From Tubulanus polymorphus (lineage: Eukaryota > Animalia > Nemertea), in NCBI RefSeq assembly GCF_964204645.1, contig NW_027437432.1:124001-188000 (forward strand): a stretch of 64,000 bases of DNA, given 5' to 3'. A program made the position numbers and the translations under genes. Of the stretch, positions 14,358 through 64,000 are shown piece by piece. The number at the start of each line of letters is the position of its first letter. Position 1 is the first letter of the stretch. The notes under the pieces were generated by a model that saw only the letters and a list, made by a program, of their open reading frames with translations, made no database searches and had not been told where the DNA came from.

Positions 14358-14532
14358 GCTGTGAGTTCACTGATGAGAACTCTTACTGTTCAACTGGTGG
14401 AACCATTAATGATGATATTTATGGATGTATTTTCAGGATGACCCTGGTAGCAACAATCGCGTAACCGTTTCATTGACATCTAATGATGGTATTACAGAAA
14501 GTGTTCATATTAAACCTTGTCCAGATGATTAA
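9704..14532 (+). CDS. BANP: BANP/SMAR1-like BEN-domain transcription factor, complete, 11 coding exons, 433 aa
   Basis: Coding exons 9704-9791, 10113-10207, 10512-10672, 11045-11121, 11211-11264, 11538-11613, 11774-11937, 12545-12789, 13665-13838, 14176-14247, 14437-14532. All are GT-AG and phase-compatible (1302 nt). Translation has BANP motifs DQSIK/QILFNINKAICLRLDCIE, NVTLITLNCEEDYPNGSWLGDDTNPEMRVR, and BEN domain NCRTAEKMALTMLDYLFDRDTQAMSNLSGQGKHGKKQLDPLFIYGIRCHL...IDSKCRTAFRRK. Confidence 0.93.
10113..10207 (+). CDS. BANP: BANP exon
   Basis: EPDHKRICVEV...DQSIK, resembling BANP EPALKRQR...DPSIK. Confidence 0.8.
10512..10672 (+). CDS. BANP: BANP exon (coiled coil)
   Basis: QILFNINKAICLRLDCIENKVE...LEEK. 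Confidence 0.9.
11045..11121 (+). CDS. BANP: BANP exon
   Basis: TTTTCAG/GTAAAT; phases 2->1 bridge the neighbouring exons. Confidence 0.75.
11211..11264 (+). CDS. BANP: BANP exon
   Basis: GPNVTLITLNCE. Confidence 0.9.
11538..11613 (+). CDS. BANP: BANP exon
   Basis: EDYPNGSWLGDDTNPEMRVRVPIS. Confidence 0.92.
11774..11937 (+). CDS. BANP: BANP exon (BEN domain)
   Basis: DMLHIHSNCRTAEKMALTMLDYLF...LDPLFIYGIR. Confidence 0.95.
11972..12466. repeat. G-rich 30-bp minisatellite in BANP intron
   Basis: GAAGGTCTGAGGGTGCTGGGTGAGGGGCGT. Confidence 0.93.
12545..12789 (+). CDS. BANP: BANP exon (BEN domain end)
   Basis: CHLIQRFGISENDWHRIKLNIDSKCRTAFRRKVRGQSLSVKAF. Confidence 0.95.
13665..13838 (+). CDS. 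BANP: BANP exon (Q-rich C-terminal region)
   Basis: GEIQVLHATPEQLAQLQQTHQIQILHGDQVIQ; phase 0/0. Confidence 0.85.
13845..14095. repeat. ~45-bp minisatellite in BANP intron
   Basis: GGGGATCAATGGTACTGCAGGAGGAGGGCTCCATACCA variants. Confidence 0.85.
14176..14247 (+). CDS. BANP: BANP exon
   Basis: TTTGCAG / CAG|GTACAA; second donor copy at 14289. Confidence 0.7.
14437..14532 (+). CDS. BANP: BANP last coding exon
   Basis: TTTTCAG|DDPGSNNRVTV...PDD* followed by AATAAA 14596-14601. Confidence 0.75.
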   Translation, partial: DDPGSNNRVTVSLTSNDGITESVHIKPCPDD

Positions 14533-14595
14533 ATTAAGTTTTATTGTTGGTATTCGTGTGATATGTTTCTATGAACAGTTATCGAGTCTTTGTTT

Positions 14596-14601
14596 AATAA
14601 A
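14596..14601 (+). terminator. Putative polyadenylation signal of BANP
   Basis: AATAAA ~65 nt after stop, with GT/T-rich sequence downstream. Confidence 0.55.
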
Positions 14602-14829
14602 GTTTTATTAGTATCAAGTGTTAAAGAAACATTAAACATTGTTTTCATGCTTGTTGTATGTGTCTAAGAATACCAGGGAATTAGATGATGAGAACCCTTG
14701 AACCACGAGGAGAGAGGATCAACCAGTTTCAAACCTATATTGGAATAAACTGGTCACTGAGTCGTCATCAAGCTGATTAATATAGTTTTCACATCTAATT
14801 TCTTTTCAATATTGCATAAAATTGATGTA

Positions 14830-16645
14830 TTATTCAGCATCAGGACCACTCTGAATCAGTATCAGTAATTACTGGGTATGAACCCGGGACAGCCTGTACA
14901 TCCTCTATTCAGCATCACTTTTGTTGATATCAACATTTCACCGTATGGTGCTGCCGCAATGCTCATCGTTAGCGGGATTTTCATACACTAACGTTAGTCA
15001 ACTCTGGCAAGCTAGGGTTACGGAGGGCACATCGATTGCCAGAGGTGACTTTAGCTAGTGTATGAAAATTCCGCTAACGATGAGCATAGCGGCAGCACCG
15101 TGCGGCCGGAACTACCCCTGTACATCCTCTATTCAGCATCAGGACCGCTCTGAATCAGTATCAGTAATTACTGGGTTCGAACCCGGGACACCCCTGTACA
15201 TCCTCTATGCAGCATCACTTTTGTTGATATTAACATTTCACCGTATGGTGCTGCCGCTATGCTCATCGTTAGCGGGATTTTCATACACTAACGTTAGTCA
15301 ACTCTGGCAAGCTAGGGTTACGGAGGGCACATCGATTGCCAGAGGTGACTTTAGTTAGTGTATGAAAATTCCGCTAACGATGAGCATAGCGGCAGCACCG
15401 TACGGGCGGCAAACCCCTGTACATCCTCTATTCCGCATCAGGACCGCTCTGAATCAGTATCAGTAATCACAGGGTTCGAACCCGGGACATCCCTGTACAT
15501 CCTCTATACAGCATCAGCACCATTCTGAATCAGTATCAGTAATTACTGGGTTCAAACCCGGAACACCTCCGCACATCCTCTATTCAGCATCAGGACCACT
15601 GAACCAGTATCAGTAATTAATGGATTCGAACTCGGGACACCCCTGTACATCCTCTATTTAGTATCAGGATCACGCTGAACCAGTATCAGTAATTACTGGG
15701 TTCGAACCCGGGACACCTCCGTACATCCTCTATTCAGCATCAGGACCACTGAACCAGTATCAGTAATTAATGGATTCGAACCCGGGACACCCCTGTACAT
15801 CATCTATTCAGCATCACTATTGTTGAGATATAAACATTTCACCGTATGGTGCTGCCGCTATGCTCATCGTTAGCGTGATTTTCATACACTAACGTTAGTC
15901 AACTCTGGCAAGCTAGGGTTACGCAGGGCACATCGATTGCCAGAGGTGACCTTAGTTAGTGTATGAAAATTCCGCTAACGATGAGCATAGCGGCAGCACC
16001 GTACGGCCTGTACTCCCAAGTACATCCTCTATTCAGCATCAGGACCACGTGAATCAGTATCAGTAATTACTGGGTTCGAGCCCGGGACACCCCTGTACAT
16101 CCTGTATTCAGCATCAGGACCACTCTGAATCAGTTTCAGTAATTACTGGGTTCGAGCCCGGGACACCCCTGTTCATCCTCTATTCAGCATCAGTACAACT
16201 CATAATTAGTAATTACTGGGTTCGCACATCAGGACCACTCGGAATCTGTGTCAGTAATTACTGGGTTCGAGCCCGGGGCACCCCTGTACATCCTCTATTC
16301 AGCATCAGGACCGCTCTGAATCAGTATCAGTAATCATTGGGTTCGAGCCCGGGGCACCCCTGTACATCCTCTATTCAGCATCAGGAATCAGTATCAGTAA
16401 TTACTGGGTTCGAGCCCGGGACACCCCTGTATATCCTCTATTCAGCATCAGGACCGCTCTGAATCAGTATCAGTAATCATTGGGTTCGAGCCCGGGACAC
16501 CCCTGTACATCCTCTATTCAGCAGCAGGAATACTGAACCAATATCAGTAATTACTGGTTCTCGAACCCGGGACACCCCTGTACATCCTCTATTCAGCATC
16601 AGGACCACTCTGAATCAGTAACAATAGACCGAGTTCGAACCCATT
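14830..16645. repeat. Composite tandem array: ~60-75 bp units containing GGGTTCGAACCCGGG, interrupted by three 165-bp hairpin MITE copies
   Basis: Palindromic CCGTATGGTGCTGCCGC...GCGGCAGCACCGTACGG at 14941-15105, 15241-15405, 15842-16006. Confidence 0.85.
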
Positions 16646-19600
16646 ACAGCGGTTTATCTTTCCTCCTCCCAGCACTACATCTGTCAATATTCTACATTTT
16701 CGATAGATGGCGCATGTGAAAGTATGGTTCATTCAAAATTTCTATATTGTCAATTCCAAAAGTTTGCTAGTTCAGCAAAATTCCAATAGATGGCGAATAT
16801 ATCTGTATTTCCCATTTTGTAGGCCCTATATGTACCATCTATGGATGAAGGGCTCCATCCTCACGGTTTAACACCTGTGTACACTGATCATCCAAATGAA
16901 AAATTCCACACTGATATTTTCTGTTGAACCGTTAGATTAGAATTTATTTCCATAATAATAATATTAATAATAATTATAATTAACACATAGAGTACAATTT
17001 GAAATCACATGAAGTTTAAATGTACAACAATATATTCAGTTATATCCCGTTTCTACAGTCAATAATATTGTTTTGTATTTGGTTTTGTTAACAATGTTTG
17101 CTTCAATTGAATAAATTTATACATTAATTGCAGTAAAATACATGTACATGATGAAAGCATTAATCAATGGTCATAGCTATTTTCCAATTTCACTGGTTCA
17201 ACCGAGTGGGACGACTATATTTCACAAATAATTTACCGGTCTTAACTGCAGTAAGAGAAAGAGTCTACTGTATTTCACAAACTCTTACTCAGTATTTGAC
17301 TCGGGCTAGAATTTTACCGGTCTGCAATAAGAGACAGATCGTTTTGACTGAAGCCTAGCTGTACGGAGTTGACCAGAGTTTTCAATACGAACCACAAATA
17401 CATGATTTCAACATTAACTAGTTACAAACAGTGTGATTTAACAAATGGAAGGAAAAAATAGTAGATCACTTTTGTTGTGAGTGAGAAGTGAATTTTCAGT
17501 TCATCCTATCATCTATAACATCTAATATTTGAAAAACTTCTGTCAACAAAATGTTTAAACTGGTTTCATGACTAGTAACTCAATATATTATTATGATTGT
17601 AAGAATCTAATTCCACAGTTTAGACTCCATGGTTTCAGTATCTGAACTCACATTCAGAAATCTCCTGGGTCAAGCATCGATGACATTTTGATTCGAGTCA
17701 TTTGAAGATAAATCTTCCACTGCCCGATGAGACGGGTTCGAATTCTGAATTTTGGAACCGTCCTTCGACCTCGGGACAAAGTTGCACAGTCAATACTTCA
17801 GATTTGTGACCAGCCTAACACCTCCTCATTTCTATAGCCAATAGACTTAAATAATACTAGTCATAAGACTTGTAACTGTTTACATAGTTAAAGACTGTAC
17901 ATCATCTCATCCCTGGTGAAAGATATATTCAGTAAGACCCATATCTACGTAGGTATCAATCAGCAATCAGTGAATCATACAGCTACTGATTGAATATACC
18001 TATGTTTATAAGTGTGGCTGTACATTATCGAGTCTATATTGCACAAAAAGTGTTTATTGCAAAGAAACAAAAACTGATCAAAGCTTGTAACTACAATAAT
18101 TGATAGTTTGTAAAGATTGAATATGTGGTTCTATACAGCGTGACTATCTCAACTCTACTTACTATTAAACTGCACTTTTAAAATGACTAGATAAATCTAT
18201 ATCAAATATTTACTGAATATCTTGAATAAATTGTTTTGTTGTAAATACAATATATTGCTTTTTATCTGTGAAAACAAACAAGATTTTTTAGATGAAAACT
18301 TTTCCTAAAAAAAAACTATAACAAAAATCTAGAAAAACAGATCTTTACGCTCTTTTCCAAAATCGGTGATCAGATTCATTTCTAGAAAAGCGAACGAATA
18401 TATTATGTAAAAAACAGGCTACAGCAAAATATGTGAGAAATGATAAAAATTCGGTGGGATTTTTATTGTTTTTGTGGAATTATCTTCAATAGAATTCAAT
18501 GGAATGTAGTTGATTCAAACCCAGGAATGATTATCAAAAACAAAACAACATTCGGGATCTTTCATCTTAAACCTGGGCCTGGTTTTATAGACCAGGTATC
18601 AAAGTTACCTCCACGGATAAATCCTTAAACCGGATCTAAATCTATCAAACCAGTTTTTGAATAAACGTAACAAACATTCGGGTTCATCGTGTAAAAACTA
18701 GATCGCTATCAAAACTAACTCATACAATCAGTTATAGGTGGCGCTATATTAGCCATAAATCTAGGGTTAGTCGTTATAGCAGTTACATTAATCATGATAA
18801 AAAAAAACCTAGCATCAGATTATACAGCTTGATTAAATACACCCTGAATCTATAGCGGGTCTCTCAGTGATCTAGTTAACTATGGGCCTCTATAACAAAC
18901 AATCATACAATTCATCGATGAATAAATATAATCAGCTGCTCCTCAAATATTAAACCAGGATTATTATATAATGGTACATAGTACTTACAACCTCTGTTTT
19001 TATCGCTATTTGTCGAAAAAGTGATCAGGTTTTATACGTTTGAGAGAGCGACAATGGTTTATAGAATATTTGACCTGACAGTTGTAAGGTTTGTTGGAGA
19101 GAGAGAAAGGAAGATTATTTAGATATTACTGATTTATACACTGATATAGATAGAGCTATCATTTACATATTACGCTGTAATACGCCGTATTACATTCCGT
19201 GTATTACATTCAAATATATACAGTCGCAAATAATTTGCATAATTTATTCGTAAGTTACAACTGGACTTCATGAATATTGATAAGGTTATCGTGATTTTGT
19301 CAATAACTCAAGCGAGATGTACTGTACGCATATATTAACTTCCATTTAAATATTTGATTAATCATCCATTATTTCAACAATGCCGCACACTTAAACCATC
19401 GTATATAAGTTGCTAAGTTACGGTAATGATAATTATTACACGATAAACGGAAAGCATTGTTGCGCGATAATGAAAAATACAAAAGCATTCGTTATAGATA
19501 TAAAAAACTGATTCATTTTAAAAATGAATTTTAACCTAAGCCATTGTTGATGCGCACGTATTTCCAAGGGGACTTTATCTAGTTTGACTAGTGGTGATAA

Positions 19601-19840
19601 CAATCTCAAAATAAGTATGAGGGTTCTTTGAGTTCTACATGAGCTCACCAGGGGGCAGGCGGGGGGTACATTAGTAATACTGTTTCTCAAAATAATAAGA
19701 TATAAGCTAAGTATTGCACAATGCTATAAAATTAGTGACATACAAAGATCTTTTTTTTAATCTTTCTTTAGTTGTAAACAAATAAAGCTAAAAATTAACA
19801 AAAAATGTATCTAGAATATTAGGTAAGTAGAGCCATAGTA

Positions 19841-19993
19841 AGAGTTACCGGTAGCCATAGAGTTACCGGTAGTCATAGAGTTACCGGTAGCCATAGAGTT
19901 ACCGGTAGCCATAGAGTTACCGGAAGCCATAGAGTTACCGGTAGCCATAGAGTTACTGGTAGTCGTAGAGTTACGGTAGCTTGGAGTTACCAG
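19841..19993. repeat. 18-bp minisatellite (probable CADPS 3' UTR)
   Basis: AGAGTTACCGGTAGCCAT. Confidence 0.9.
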
Positions 19994-20277
19994 TAACCTT
20001 GGTAAATATTTGGCAGTAAATTAAAGATCTATATTCCATGAGATAAATTGAGATGAACAGTTTGAAGGTACAGGGTTCATTGTGGGAAGAGGGTTGCTCC
20101 ATTGAGCCAAATGGGGTGGCTCCAGATGAAAGACTGTCGTGTGTTGAGTTTAACAATAAAGATTTAAGCTACCAAAATTTTGCTACAGCTGCTGCTAAAC
20201 AAATCAATCAGATCTCTACAGATGACAGATTCTATTTACATCATGTCAGTCGTTACCATGGTAATGAACAATAATGT

Positions 20278-63467
<43,190 letters not shown>

Positions 63468-63486
<19 letters not shown>

Positions 63487-63628
63487 CTATAAATATAAAA
63501 TATAGGGGGCGTTCATCAGCATTATCCAACTACAAATATAAAATATAGGGGGCGTTCATCAGCATTATCCAACTACAAATATAAAATATAGGGGGCGTTC
63601 ATCAGCATTATCCAACTACAAAATATAA
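63468..63628. repeat. 43-bp repeat duplicating a CADPS acceptor junction
   Basis: GTTCATCAGCATTATCCAACTA(T/C)AAATATAAAATATAGGGGGC x~3.7; first copy is the exon start. Confidence 0.9.
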
Positions 63629-64000
63629 CAATATGACTATAATAGATTTGACAAATCTTATGCTACAGGTGGCGCATGGCACTGCACGGTACTGCGCACG
63701 GCTGCATGGCACTGCACAGTACTGCGCACGGCTGCATGGCACTGCATGGTATGGCATGTCACTGCACGGCACATGCAGCTTTCAAACATCAATACTAACA
63801 TGCTATCAGTCTAAACTCAATTATTACCATGACAACCACTACTATTGAAATACTCCTTCAAACAAGTCTCCTCCAAGTTCACTCCGGTGCTCCAACTCCA
63901 CTCTGACCTCACATCGTAGAGATCTTTGAACTGTGACCTCGATCATGGGGTACTTTGGCCTCAATTTAGGGAGAACTATAACCTCAGTCTAGGGAGAGCA

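Overview
AT-rich, repeat-laden animal genomic DNA, not prokaryotic; probably a spiralian/lophotrochozoan (inference from the homeobox type). Three protein-coding genes were reconstructed by hand. (1) A complete BANP/SMAR1-like BEN-domain gene on + (CDS 9704-14532, 11 coding exons, 433 aa). (2) The 3' ~989 codons of CAPS/CADPS on - (23 core exons, 63486 down to 20278; the 5' end lies beyond the window), convergent with BANP. (3) An intronless, divergent TALE-class homeobox gene (39490-40425, +) nested antisense in a CADPS intron, with its own CCAAT/TATA-like/Inr promoter and polyA signal. Nearly all other long ORFs in the track are minisatellite artefacts. Notable observations: tandem repeats that repeatedly copy real exon/intron junctions into arrays of decoy splice sites (one capped by an antisense copy); a 3.4 kb array of 5' splice-site consensus filling the last CADPS intron; about 8 in-frame candidate CADPS cassette/micro-exons plus a possible poison exon; a 5 kb satellite apparently derived from a SINE; and tRNA-derived elements with unusual architecture.
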